Of a DNA stretch of 64,000 bases, positions 52,464 to 64,000 are shown piece by piece. Source of the DNA: Octopus vulgaris (lineage: Eukaryota); the NCBI GenBank assembly GCA_951406725.2, contig OX597822.1, positions 116,436,001 through 116,500,000 of the forward strand, written 5' to 3'. The notes under the pieces were generated by a model. It saw nothing but the letters and a program-made list of their open reading frames with translations. It was not told where the DNA came from and did not search any database. Made by a program: the position numbers and the translations under genes. Position 1 is the stretch's first letter. Every line of letters starts with the position of its first letter.

Positions 52464-53222
52464 CATGTATATATATACTTCTTTATTTTTGGAGGACCTG
52501 TTGCTGTTGTTGCTGTTGTTGTTTGTTAAGAGATATATTTTAAAATTTCCTGACACAGATACTAAACAACATCCTTCTTCCTAAACAACTGTTTGATTTT
52601 GCCTATAAAGCAACTAAAATGGAGCAGAAAAAATTGACCTTTTTTTTTTTTTTCTTATTTTGTATATATCTGTATACATGTATGTGTGTGTGTGTATGGG
52701 GGTATTTCTTTACTCTATATATTTATCTGATATATTTTTTTCTACTTTCTCTTTTTTAAATTACAGTAGGATGTTTGCTCTTCAAATCTACACCCACCCA
52801 CTCATCCAGCTCTCCACCTACCAACAACAACAACAACAACAACAAAACAAATTAATAAGTACATAGAATAGAATTAAACTAATACAAAAATAAAAAAACA
52901 AAATAGAATGAAATGTAGCACAGTCTCTTAGAGATTTGGGTATTTGCCATGTGTTTTGTAAAAGAATATATTTCCGTCAACTTTGGTTACAAAATTAAGG
53001 TTGGATATAATTCGTCTTTATTTATTGTTGTTGTTGTTGTTTTTATTATTTGTGAATGTGTGTGTGTGTGTTTTGTTTGCAATTTGTATTTTTGTAAAGG
53101 ATAAAATTTGAAGAAAGGGAAACTTCATGAAATACCAACCAAACAGCACTTGGTCTTTCAAAAAAGCAACCAAAGACAAACAAATGCTTTTTAATCAATT
53201 GCATGTAATTATTGAACATTCT

Positions 53223-53455
53223 GGCAAGCTGGCAGAAACGTTAGCAAGCCAGGCAAAATGCTTAGTGGTAATTTGTCTGCCGTTACATTCTGAGTTCAGA
53301 TTCCGCCGAGGTCGACTTTGCCCTTCATCCTTTCGGGGTCGATAAATTAAGTACCAGTTACGCACTGGGGTTGATGTAATCGACTTAATCCCTTTATCTG
53401 TCCTTGTTTGTCCCCTCTGTGTGTAGCCCCTTGTGGGCAATAGAGAAATAAGAAA
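53223..53455 (+). mobile_element. SINE family C (Meta-domain-like), full length
   Basis: TGGCAGAAACG A-box-like, GAGTTCAGATTC B-box-like, CTTCATCCTTTCGGGGTCGATAAATTAAGTACCAG domain, AAATAAGAAA tail. Confidence 0.88.
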
Positions 53456-53839
53456 GACTGAAACCACTAAATCAGAAAGAGTGTATTTGAATGAAAAGGA
53501 AATGTGCTACAAGATATAACTGATGGACGAGTGGCCTGTGTCTGAGCAAAAATGATGTCAAAGGATTCATTACATAAAATGCAAAGTGAATTCTTGGTCT
53601 ATGGGGATTATCTCCCCTCTCTGAGTGGGTAGAACAATTGCCTGGTGGCAATTGGTGCCAACTCAAAATAAGGAGGGGAGATAATCTAACGAATGAAGAA
53701 TTTCTCCAGCATTAACATGCCGTTCAAGAAAAGGCAATATGATTACCTGAAGACAAGAGGACAGCTGTGGACATGTGTTTCTGTCTCAGTAGATATCATC
53801 AAGAGTAATTGCTCTACCTCATCTTCAGCTGATGAGACA

Positions 53840-54060
53840 CTCTTTTACTCTTTTACTCTTTTACTTGTTTCAGTCATGTGACTGTGGCCATGCTGGAGCA
53901 CCGCCTTTTAGTCGATTAAATCGACCTCAGGACTTATTCTTTGTAAGCCTAGTACTTACTTTATCGGTCTCTTTTTTTGCCGAACCGCTAAGTTACTGGG
54001 ACGTAAACACACCAGCATCGGTTGTCAAGTGATGTTGGGAGGACAAACACAGACACACAA

Positions 54061-54092
<32 letters not shown>

Positions 54093-54264
54093 GCATATAT
54101 ACGACGGGCTTTTTTCAGTTTCCATCTACCAAATCTACTCACAAGGCTTTGGTCGGCCCGAGGCTATAGTAGAAGACACTTACCCAAGGTGCCACGCAGT
54201 GGGACTGAACCCGGAACCATGTGGTTCGTAAGCAAGCTACTTACCACACAGCCACTCCTGCGCC
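53840..54264 (-). mobile_element. SINE family B, full length
   Basis: Reverse complement of 1769-2183. Confidence 0.9.
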
Positions 54265-54312
54265 TAGACATATGCAAGAGAGAGCAGATCGCATTCATTG
54301 TCTGGATAATAT

Positions 54313-54638
54313 GCATGGCTCAGTGGTTACAGCATCGGGCTCACAATCAAGAAGCAGTGAGTTTGATTCCTGGACCGGGCTGTGTGTTGTGTTCTTGAGC
54401 AAGACACTTTATTTCACATTGCTCCAGTTCACTCAGTTGCAGAAACGAGTTACAATGTCACAGGTGCCAAGCTTTTGCCTTTCCCATGGATAACATCAAT
54501 GGATTGGAGAGGGGTGGTTGGTATGCATTTGCAATCGCTAGTCTTCTATAAACAACCTTGCCCAGACTTGTGCCTTAGAGGGGGACATTCTAGGTGCAAT
54601 CCCATGACTAGTCATGACCAAAGGAGGTTTTCACCCTT
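54313..54638 (+). mobile_element. SINE family E
   Basis: TGGCTCAGTGG A box, GAGTTTGATTCC B box; homologous to 33767-34092. Confidence 0.85.
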
Positions 54639-54688
54639 TTTTAATATGCAAAGATAAATGCTTGATTTATTAAAATCACACACAAATA

Positions 54689-55188
54689 CAGTGATCCCTC
54701 GCTATTTTGCGGTTCAACTATCGCGTATTCACGACTTTGTGGATTTTAAAAATATATATATATGAACGCCTAAAATTTCTCATTAAATCCATTAAAATAT
54801 TAATAATAAATATTATTTCCTAGTCTAGGAACAACAAGACAAGTGTAAAATAGCAAAAAAACATATACAGGGGTATTTGAACTTAAGACGGGTTGTGATT
54901 GGTGCAATGGAGAGAAACGACGAATCACAGCTTTCTATTTTGTAATCTGGTCTGTGTAACAGTAACAATCTTTATTTTTTTTTTTAATTTGAAGTGTTAT
55001 TGCTTAACAGTTGTCCTTGTTATTAATAGACTACTGTAATGGGTGGGTTGTTAAGAGTACAGGGAGGGTTTTAAAAGTCCAAATACACGTTAAATAAATA
55101 CTGTAAATATGGTGTCCCTACTTCGCGGAAATTCAGTTATCGCGGCCGGTCTCGGAACCAATCTACCAAGATAAACGAGAGATCACTG
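54689..55188. mobile_element. Tigger/pogo-like MITE (500 bp)
   Basis: TA-CAGTGATCCCTCG...CGAGAGATCACTG-TA. Confidence 0.88.
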
Positions 55189-55423
55189 TACACCCACCCA
55201 CACACACACACACATGCTACCTAACTATCTGTTTGTATGTGTGTGTGTGTGTATTTGTTAAGAATGGTCCGCTTAAGTAAAATCAAGGCCATAAGGGTAT
55301 GTCCTTTATGTCCATACACTCCACCCTGCACGTGATCTGTCTGGTGGGTAGGAGGAGAAATCTATCACACAAAACCCATCTTCCCAACATCCCCTTCTCC
55401 AGGAGCTTTTCAGCCCCTCCTCA

Positions 55424-55458
<35 letters not shown>

Positions 55459-55563
55459 GTCATTGTTCAGTTTTATTTCCAGATTTCTTATCAATAGAGA
55501 AAGAACCGGTTTCTAACCTAGATCCAAGGCTCCTTCATTGGAATTTCAACATCAACAAAAGGG

Positions 55564-55693
55564 TATGTATGTAAGTATGTATATATGTATGTATGTATAT
55601 ATATGTGCAGATGTATGTATGTATTTATGTATGCATGCATGTATATATATACATACATGCATGCATGCATACGTACATGCATACATACATGCA

Positions 55694-55724
<31 letters not shown>

Positions 55725-56741
55725 GATACATACATACATACATACATACATGCATACATACATACATGCATACATACATACATACATACATACATACATA
55801 CATACATGCATACATACATACATACGTACATACATACATACATACATACATACATACATACATACATACATACATACATACATACATACATACATACATA
55901 CATACATACATACATACATACATACATACATACATACATACATACATACATACATACATACATACATACATACATACATACATACATACATACATACATA
56001 CATACATACATACATACATACATACATACATACATACATACATACATACATACATACATACATACATACATACATACATACATACATACATACATACATA
56101 CATACATACATACATACATACATACATACATACATACATACATACGTACATACATACATACATGCATACATACATACATACATACATACATACGTACATA
56201 CATACATACATACATACATACATACATACATACATACATACATACATACATACATACATACATACATACATACATACATACGTACATACATACATACATA
56301 CATACATACATACATACATACATACATACATACATACATACATACATACATACATACATACATACATACATACATACATACATACATACATACATACATA
56401 CATACATACATACATACATACATACATACATACATACATACATACATACATACATACATACATACATACATACATACATACATACATACATACATACATA
56501 CGTACATACATACATACATACATACATACATACATACATACATACATACATACATGCATACATACATACATACATACATACATGCATGCATGCATGCATA
56601 CATACATACATACATACATACATACATACATACATACATACATGCATGCATGCATGCATGCATACATAAATACATACATACATGCATACATGCATGCATA
56701 CATACATGCATACATGCATGCATGCATACATACATACATAC
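55564..56741. repeat. (TACA)n tetranucleotide array, about 1.15 kb
   Basis: Nearly perfect, with scattered TACG/TGCA variants; explains the MYVC/HTYI ORFs. Confidence 0.98.
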
Positions 56742-57158
56742 AAAGGAGGAGAGAGATTTAGCTACATGTTAAGGAACTGGTACTGAACAAAGTAGAAATA
56801 GAGGAATATGTAACAAACAAAAGTTAACCAAGATTACATTTTCACAAAGAACCAAGGGCTTTTTTTTTTATCATCACTTTAGTTAAAATTGTTTTGCTGA
56901 AGATAACTGTACAATTTGGTTAGTGGGTCAATGGGTGTAATGGGGTGAAGGAGCCTGTCTGCTACTTTCTCTGATTCCTAAGATATGTTTGAAAGTTGAA
57001 GAAAAATGTATCATTTTCAGTTCCAGTTCACCAACACAGTAAATGGTAATCTTATTGGATGATACATTTTATGTGACATGAAACAAATGAAATCTGAACA
57101 GGGTTTTAATAAGTTTCACTGTCACAATGGTTCTATTGATTAAGAAAATGAAGAATTT

Positions 57159-57242
57159 GAAGAAGAAGAAGAAGAAGAAGAAGAAGAAGAAGAAGAAGAA
57201 GAAGAAGAAGAAGAAGAAGAAGAAGAAGAAGAAGAAGAAGAA
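57159..57242. repeat. (GAA)n microsatellite
   Basis: Direct inspection. Confidence 0.97.
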
Positions 57243-57419
57243 TGAAAGAAATGAAGAACATTGTTAACCGATTAATTTTTCTGACAAAGATGTCGCAGTC
57301 ATTGATTCTTGGTTCATGTTTACCATTGCACAGAATTTAACAAAACTGTTATAAGCATAGAACTATAATAAGAAAATAGTTGTGCTTGAAATTGAATTGA
57401 CAGCTACCATACATAGATA

Positions 57420-57900
57420 CATATCATCATCAGCATCATCATCATCAGCATCATCATCATCAGCATCATCATCATCAGCATCAGCATCAGCATCATCTAT
57501 CGTCTGTTGCCCATGCTGGCATGGGTTGGATGGTTTGAGCAGGGCTGGTAAGCTGAAAGGCTGCACCAGACTCCAGTCTGATTTGGTGTGGTTTTCTATG
57601 ACTGGATGCCCTTCCTAATGCCAACCATTCCGAGAATGTAATGGGTGCCTTTACATGCCACCAGCACAGATGCCATTTGCATGACACCAGTATCTGCCAC
57701 GACTGCAGTTTTGCTCAGTTTGATGGGTCTTCTTCTCAAGCATGAGATAATGTCAAAGGTCTCGGTCATTGGCTCCATGAAGCCAAACTCTTGAAAGTAG
57801 CTCAGCCACTTTGCCTCTGTGAGGTCTAATGCTTGAAAGCTGCTTCATTTTCTGCAATGCTCTTCCATCTCTCTGGTAGACTTGCAAGGTCCCTCTTCCA
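57420..57900 (-). mobile_element. Older family A RTE 3' fragment with ORF2 C-terminus
   Basis: Minus strand ...GANDRDL*HYLMLEKKT, one tandem unit, the conserved block; similar to 36010-36365. Confidence 0.75.
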
Positions 57901-57954
57901 AAATTCACTTGTCTGTGATGAAAATACTCCTCCAGGAACTGTTCTGACCTCATC

Positions 57955-58908
57955 TACAGAATTCATATTTTTTCTATCGGAATGATTTTAAAGACTGCGG
58001 AATAAATGATAATCAGATGGGGTGAATATGTCTGGCGAATATGGTGGGGTGGGGCATCATTTCCCATTCAAACTGCTCCAGCCTTTGGAATGTCACCCCC
58101 GCTGTATGTGGCTGAGCATTATCCTGATGGAAGAACACCTTTCATCTTGAAACCAAAGATGGTCATTTTTCTTCTAGCGCTGACTTCAGTCACTCAAGCT
58201 GTTTGAGTTTAAAAGTTCAAAGTGAACTAAACCTTTCATTTTCCATCAAGCAGATAACAACACTTTACATGGGTGAAGCCTTCTTTAGCCTGGGGTGTCA
58301 GTGTTTTTCCTTTCCCTACCCACTCTCTTCGGCACTTGACATTTTTATAGAGAACTCGTTTCTCATCACCAGTCACTATTTGGTCCAAAAGAGATTAATT
58401 TCTGAGACGTGACAACAAAGAAGAGCACTCGTTCACTCTCTATGTGTGATTAGACATGAAAAGTTTATGAGGAACCTATTGACCCAATTTGATGACTTTT
58501 CTGATGGTACATAAGTGTCAATGAATGGTTGAATGACCAAATCCAAGCCTCTCTGCTAGTTCCTCAATGATTATGATGGGATTTTGTTCCACCAGAGTTT
58601 GCAGGACTTCCTCGTTTAAAGTTACAATATACTGCATTAATATTCCTCGCACTTTCCATTGCATTGTTGCCTTTATTGAACTCTTAAAGCAAAATATGCT
58701 GAATGTGCTCCTTTGTCACTTCCATTATAGCTTTGAACAAGTAACTGTTACAATTGAACTGCACTCTTCAAAACTTGCACTAAGAATAAGTACAAGGTAA
58801 AATTACTACCTGCTTTTACAACAAGTTGATGCAAGTAGTTTATCCCATCCCCCTACGACTTTTAGTTCATGCAATTGAAAAAACTGCATTATTTATGGGA
58901 TGACCCAA
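57955..58908 (-). mobile_element. Decayed mariner, 3' truncated
   Basis: TIR TTGGGTCATCCCATAAATAATGC; LVTGDEK, PPYSPDI..PSDYHLFRSL. Confidence 0.85.
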
Positions 58909-59507
58909 TACATATACATGTATATTATGGAATCGTCCACTGAAAATGACAAATGAGTATTCATTTTTTGGTGAACGACCTGCACAAAAAGTTTGACCAC
59001 TTTGTTTATAGTGGTCAAATGTATGTGCTATACATTAGCTCACTCCTTCTATCAAATCGACTTTGCCTGAAACAGGTGCACAAATGTGTTACACGGTAAC
59101 ATGAAATGCAGTCTTTTTGATCAAGAACATGGTATTCCACCTGACCCAGGAAGACATGGGATGAAATTCTGAAGAATGACCTTAGGAAGCTGAACCTTTC
59201 AAGTGAGATGACGAAGGACCAAAATGCCTGATTCCTTGCTGTACTCAAGAAGACCTGTACTCTGCAGCAGAAGTGTTAAGATTCTATTAAATCTACATTT
59301 TATAGAAACAGTGTAACTACCTCACTAGTATGAATTGTCACACTATACAAACTCTGATGATTTGACAATGTAATTGTAAGTCAAGCTTTGCATAACTGAT
59401 TGGCAGGATAGAAGTCAAGCTCAGTAGGATTTGAATTCAGGATGTAGAAGGCTGTAACTAAACACCATAAGCAAGTTGTTTCATGAGTTAGTGATTCTGT
59501 CAATCGC

Positions 59508-59885
59508 TCTTTTACTCTTCTACTTGTTTCAGTCATTTGACTGTGGCCATGCTGGAGCACCGACTTTAGTCGAGCAACTCGACCCAAGGACTTATTCTTT
59601 GTAAGCCTAGTACTTATTCTAAGTTACGGGGATGCAAACACAACACCATCGGTTGTCAAGCAATGTTGGGGGGACAAACACGGCCACAAACATACACACA
59701 CACATACATATATACATATATACGATGGGCATCTTTTCAGTTTCCATCTACCAAATCCACTCACAAGGCTTTGGTCTGCCCGAGGCTATAGTTGAAGGCA
59801 CTTGCCAAAGTTACCATGCAGTGGGAATGAACCCAGAACCATGTGATTCGTAAGCAAGCTACTTACCACACAGACACTCCTGCAC
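59508..59885 (-). mobile_element. SINE family B with a small internal deletion
   Basis: Homology to 1769-2183. Confidence 0.88.
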
Positions 59886-60688
59886 TTATACAAATGAACC
59901 TCTTAGAAATAGTAGTAAAATCTTCTTTAAATTGCACTATAGGTGATATTGGAGAACATAGTCTTAGATATAATATCTACAAAAGGAAAAAGTGAGATAG
60001 AAAGAAAAGACATGATTGTCACATCTGGAATACTTCTTATTGTAGGTCTGTTCAATCCAGTCCTGCCTTGGGCTAACAAATAGCAACAATCTGATCTTTA
60101 TGGCTGCCATCACAGATTTCATATTTTTCCAATTTTGTTCAAATTGTTTTCAAACTTGGTTAAACTGATTTAATTTTGTGTGCTAATTATGAAAATGAAA
60201 TTCATTTTTGTCATAAACTAATAAATAAAAAGTTAATAGCTTTTAAAGCTACAAATTTTGAATAATTTTAGCCAATCAAAAGCTGCCATTATACAACATG
60301 ATTGTAAATTTCACATTTGCTCCCTGTTTCGATCGAAACAAACAAAGCTGTTGTCTGCCCCATTTCCGATGCTGTATGCATGCCACTGTGACACTCACTA
60401 CTGCAACCACCACCACCACAAATTTTGATGAAAATCATTTTGTGACAGTCAGTATCACGCAAAAAATACCACTTTCTGATTCTTGTTTTCTGATTAGCTA
60501 AAAATGATCAAACTTTGAACCTTTGTAACGTATTTTCCTAATTATTTTTTTCCTAGAATAAATGAATCCCAAATACAAACTCAGCATGAAAAAATAAACC
60601 AATACATTAAATTTGAAAATTTTCAAATATGCCACAGCACTGAAAAGATCCCAATAATCTTTGATATTTCAATGTGTGTATAAATATC

Positions 60689-60749
<61 letters not shown>

Positions 60750-60824
60750 GGAAATTTGATTTAGTATTTCTAAATTGAATTTTTCCCTGTAAGTTTGGAA
60801 TAATATTCCCTCATATTATTATAT

Positions 60825-61238
60825 GGAGTGGCTGTGTGGTAAGTAGCTTGCTAACCAACCACATGGTTCTGGGTTCAGTCCCACTGCGTGGCATCTTGGG
60901 CAAGTGTCTTCTGCTATAGCCCCGGGCCGACCAATGCCTTGTGAGTGGATTTGGTAGACGGAAACTGAAAGAAGCCTGTCGTATATATGTATATATATAT
61001 ATAAGTGTGTGTGTATATGCTTGTGTGTCTGTGTTTGTCCCCCTAGCATTGCTTGACAACCGATGCTGGTGTGTTTACGTCCCCGTCACTTAGCGGTTCG
61101 GCAAAAGAGACCGATAGAATAAGTACTGGGCTTACAAAGAATAAGTCCCGGGGTCGATTTGCTCGACTAAAGGCGGTGCTCCAGCATGGCCGCAGTCAAA
61201 TGACTGAAACAAGTAAAAGAGTAAAAGAGTAAAAGAGT
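60825..61238 (+). mobile_element. SINE family B, young copy
   Basis: Very close to the consensus of the other copies; CpGs retained. Confidence 0.92.
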
Positions 61239-61536
61239 ATATAGTAACTGCTACTACTGCCATTTAAGCCACTGGACATACTGCTGCAGCTAGGACTGCC
61301 ACAACGACGACCAACAATCACTACTGCTGCTACCATTCCATTGGAACACAAGGAAACGGAAAAACAAGCACGCGGTTCCTTCTGATACCAGCAAGAAACA
61401 ATAATGAACTTCTTTACTACACTCAACTATAATATAGCGATTATACCAACTACCGACAAAATACCACCACATGGACTCTATTGAGACCAGTAAGAAACAA
61501 TTATGAACTTGTCTATTGCACTTTTCTTTCTATAAT

Positions 61537-61581
61537 ATTTTTGATAAGGTTCGTTTTTTCAAGAACCGAAACATGTAAAAT
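61537..61581 (+). ncRNA. Minimal type-I hammerhead ribozyme, U3:A8 core variant
   Basis: ATTT-TTGATAA-GGTTC gttttttcaa GAACC-GAAA-CATG-TA-AAAT; palindromic ACATGT stem III; GUA site. Confidence 0.75.
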
Positions 61582-61635
61582 TCATAAGAAAATTAAAATT
61601 TATCTAATATAGTGGTGTTTTCAAACTTCTTTTTT

Positions 61636-61723
<88 letters not shown>

Positions 61724-61944
61724 TCATCTTCGTTTAACATCTGGCTTCCATGCTAGCATGGGCAGCCCTCAGTCAAAATCGTCCAACCCATGCTAGCATT
61801 GAGGGCGGATGTTAAACGATGATGATGATGATGATGATATATATATATACATATAATAATATGAGGGAATATTATTCCAAACTTACAGGGAAAAATTCAG
61901 TTTAGAAATACTAATCAAATTTCACAAAATATAATATATGTATA

Positions 61945-62179
61945 TATATATGAATTCGAAAAAAAACACCTGTTATCAACTCAATAATGAAAAATTAAAT
62001 TATACCATCTAGAAAATTACATATTATAGAAAGATTAAATATAAGATAAAACATATAACGATGATTAAGTAATGTGCAAAATAATAAATAAAACGTATAT
62101 ATTTGGTATAATATGTAATTTTCTAGATGGCATAATTTAATTTTTCATTATTGAATTGATAAAAGGTGGTTTTTTTCTA

Positions 62180-62190
<11 letters not shown>
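61945..62190. repeat. Fold-back element, arms of about 80 bp, in (TA)n
   Basis: TCAATAATGAAAAATTAAATTATACCATCTAGAAAATTACATATTATA versus TATAATATGTAATTTTCTAGATGGCATAATTTAATTTTTCATTATTGA. Confidence 0.85.
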
Positions 62191-62223
<33 letters not shown>

Positions 62224-63069
62224 ATATATTGATTCTACTGCAATTATCAAGTGAGCAATTATGTTCTATTACCTACAGAATGTTGCATGAGCGATACAGC
62301 ATCTGAGCATGTTTTTACATTAACAAGCTGACAGGCGTATGGGACATGTAGTGTAAGAATCGGGAAAACGGCTCAGTGGATGAAGAGCGAGGCTTGTGAG
62401 TTGTTCCACATCAATTTGACAGATGGCATTTCAATTTATCAGTGTAAAATCTCTTAATGAAGATATAGTTGACTGACACAAAATATCAGTCTACAGGATG
62501 TATATATTTATAACTCCCAAAATATCTTTCTGACTCAGATGCTAATTTTAATTCAATTATTTTTTTTTTCTTTAAGGATTCTTTTTTTATTATTTTATAA
62601 TTTCTTTTTTGCCCTGTGGTTTTTCTCGGTTTTCAATTTCCTATGGGTGTGTGTGTGTATGTATATGTGGGCATATATGTATATATGCTTATATATATAT
62701 GTATATATTTATATTACACTCACACAGATGTTTTCTTTATGTATTTTGACTCCTGTAGCTGACCGTATGTTTCTCTCTGCAAGTGGTAAACTTCCTAGAA
62801 CTCGTAGATGGTCTTACCGTTTTATGGCAGCACAATCCTTAAATCAGCATCCAGTGAGTGTCTCTCCTCCTGCTCTGCGTGTTCTGCTGTCATATTTCTT
62901 GAAGGTTCATCAACTGTTGGGTATTAGTTCATTCTCTGAGTTCCATTCATTGGTCAAGACCAACCTCACATCCTCATCTCTAGGCTCAAACCTGGGCAAA
63001 GGTGTTTTGAAACAGACTGGTAATTGCCCGTCTAAGCCAGCAAGCCACCTCTCTCCATGTTGCTGATGT

Positions 63070-63330
63070 TATCATCATCATCTCATCCTCCTCCTCCACC
63101 TCCTCCTCATGATCATCTTTTCCTCCTCCTCCTCCACCTCATCATCATCATCTTCCTCCTCCTCCTCATCATCATCATCTTCCTCCTCCTCCTCATCATC
63201 ATCATCTTCCTCCTCCTCCTCATCATCTTCCTCCTCCACCTCCTCCTCCTCCTCATCATCATCATCATCATCCTCCTCCACCTCATCATCATCATCATCT
63301 TCCTCCTCCTCCTCATCATCATCATCATTG
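63070..63330. repeat. Compound (TCA)n/(TCC)n repeat with a higher-order unit of about 27 bp
   Basis: TCTTCCTCCTCCTCCTCATCATCATCA is repeated. Confidence 0.9.
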
Positions 63331-63834
63331 CTGTCATTTAAGATCCATGTTCTATGCTGGCATGGGCTGGGCAGTTTGACAAGATTTGACATGTCCAAGG
63401 TCTGTACTGAGCTCCATTATCTGCTTTGGCGTAGTTTTTACAGCTGGGGGGGGGGGACCCTTCCTAAGGCCATCCACTCCACAGCATAAACTGAGTGCTT
63501 TGTTTTTCATATCAACTGCACTATTGAGGTTGCCATGCAGCTCACAGAACTATGTGCTCTGGAGGAAGTAATGGAGGGTTAGCTTCATACTTGGGGCCAA
63601 GGGGGAATACTACAAGAGAGGTGGGGGCAGACCAGATTCTTGCAGTGAGATCTGCATGGGTCCTCACATGTTGGTGGGAGTAATGGGGGAAGAGAAGAAA
63701 TGATCTGGAAGAAAAGCAGTACTTTTGAACCTTCGACTCTGTCAGTTACAACAATGAGTGAAGAAGGAGTGTTCCAATGGATCCGATCAAGGGAACAGCC
63801 TGCTTGTCCAAGTAGCTGGGAACTCCACGAATAT

Positions 63835-64000
63835 ACTCTTTTACTTTTTTACTCCTTTACTTGTTTCAGTCATTTGACTGTGGCCATGCTGGAGCACCGC
63901 CTTTAGTTGAATCAAATTGACCCCAGGACTTACTCTTTGTAAGCCTAGTGCTTATTCTATCGGTCTCTTTTGTCGAACTGCTAAGTTATGGGAACGTAAA
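63835..64000 (-). mobile_element. SINE family B 3' half, cut by the window edge
   Basis: (ACTCTTTT)n tail and TTGTTTCAGTCATTTGACTGTGGCCATGCTGGAGCACC. Confidence 0.88.

Larger units (their letters stand above)
60740..61935. repeat. Inverted pair of about 85 bp (60740-60824 / 61853-61935) bracketing 1 kb of nested elements
   Basis: TTTTTCCCTGTAAGTTTGGAATAATATTCCCTCATATTATT versus AATAATATGAGGGAATATTATTCCAAACTTACAGGGAAAAA. Confidence 0.85.

Noticed and set aside
53764-53805. Minus-strand TTGATGA-TATCT..AGACA-GAAA-CACATG-TC
   Set aside because: No stem I pairing; not counted as a ribozyme.
55497-55548. Minus-strand hammerhead-like string CCAATGAAGGAGCCT..AGGTTAGAAACCGGTTC
   Set aside because: Stem II and GAAA-CCGG are suggestive, but the CUGA core and stem I do not fit; at best a decayed copy.
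55518-56772. ORFs of 330-405 aa (MYVC/HTYI repeats)
   Set aside because: Translations of a (TACA)n array, open in most frames; no coding evidence.
62539-63066. 175-aa ORF with a possible acceptor at about 62758
   Set aside because: The N-terminal half is low complexity and the remainder has no recognisable motif; cannot be supported without RNA data.
63057-63489. Acidic, poly-Ser and hydrophobic ORFs
   Set aside because: Compound trinucleotide repeat open in several frames.

Overview
AT-rich eukaryotic DNA dominated by microsatellites and transposable elements. The SINE/LINE repertoire and the (TA)n/(TACA)n density point to a coleoid cephalopod, most likely Octopus (inference). I recognise no intact host gene, so the window is probably intronic or intergenic, and almost all ORF-track entries are microsatellite translations. 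Recognisable content: four tRNA-derived SINE families; about 20 3' fragments of an RTE-clade LINE with a (GAT)n tail; decayed CR1, Tx1, R4/Dong, RTE and Penelope retroelements; four mariner relics plus Tc1, pogo and piggyBac MITEs; and Helitron fragments, several nested inside one another. The most notable signal is a set of at least seven unrelated short non-coding elements carrying minimal type-I hammerhead ribozyme motifs (CUGANGA...GAAA-palindrome-NUH), most of them in or next to (TA)n tracts. They include a near-perfect 61-bp-arm palindrome made of two opposed hammerheads, two elements with the compensatory U3:A8 core, one with a very long stem II, and one downstream of a tRNA-like Pol III promoter at the end of a Penelope element. 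Several fold-back elements in TA tracts may belong to the same Penelope/retrozyme-like system. All folding was done by eye, and the boundaries of decayed elements are approximate.
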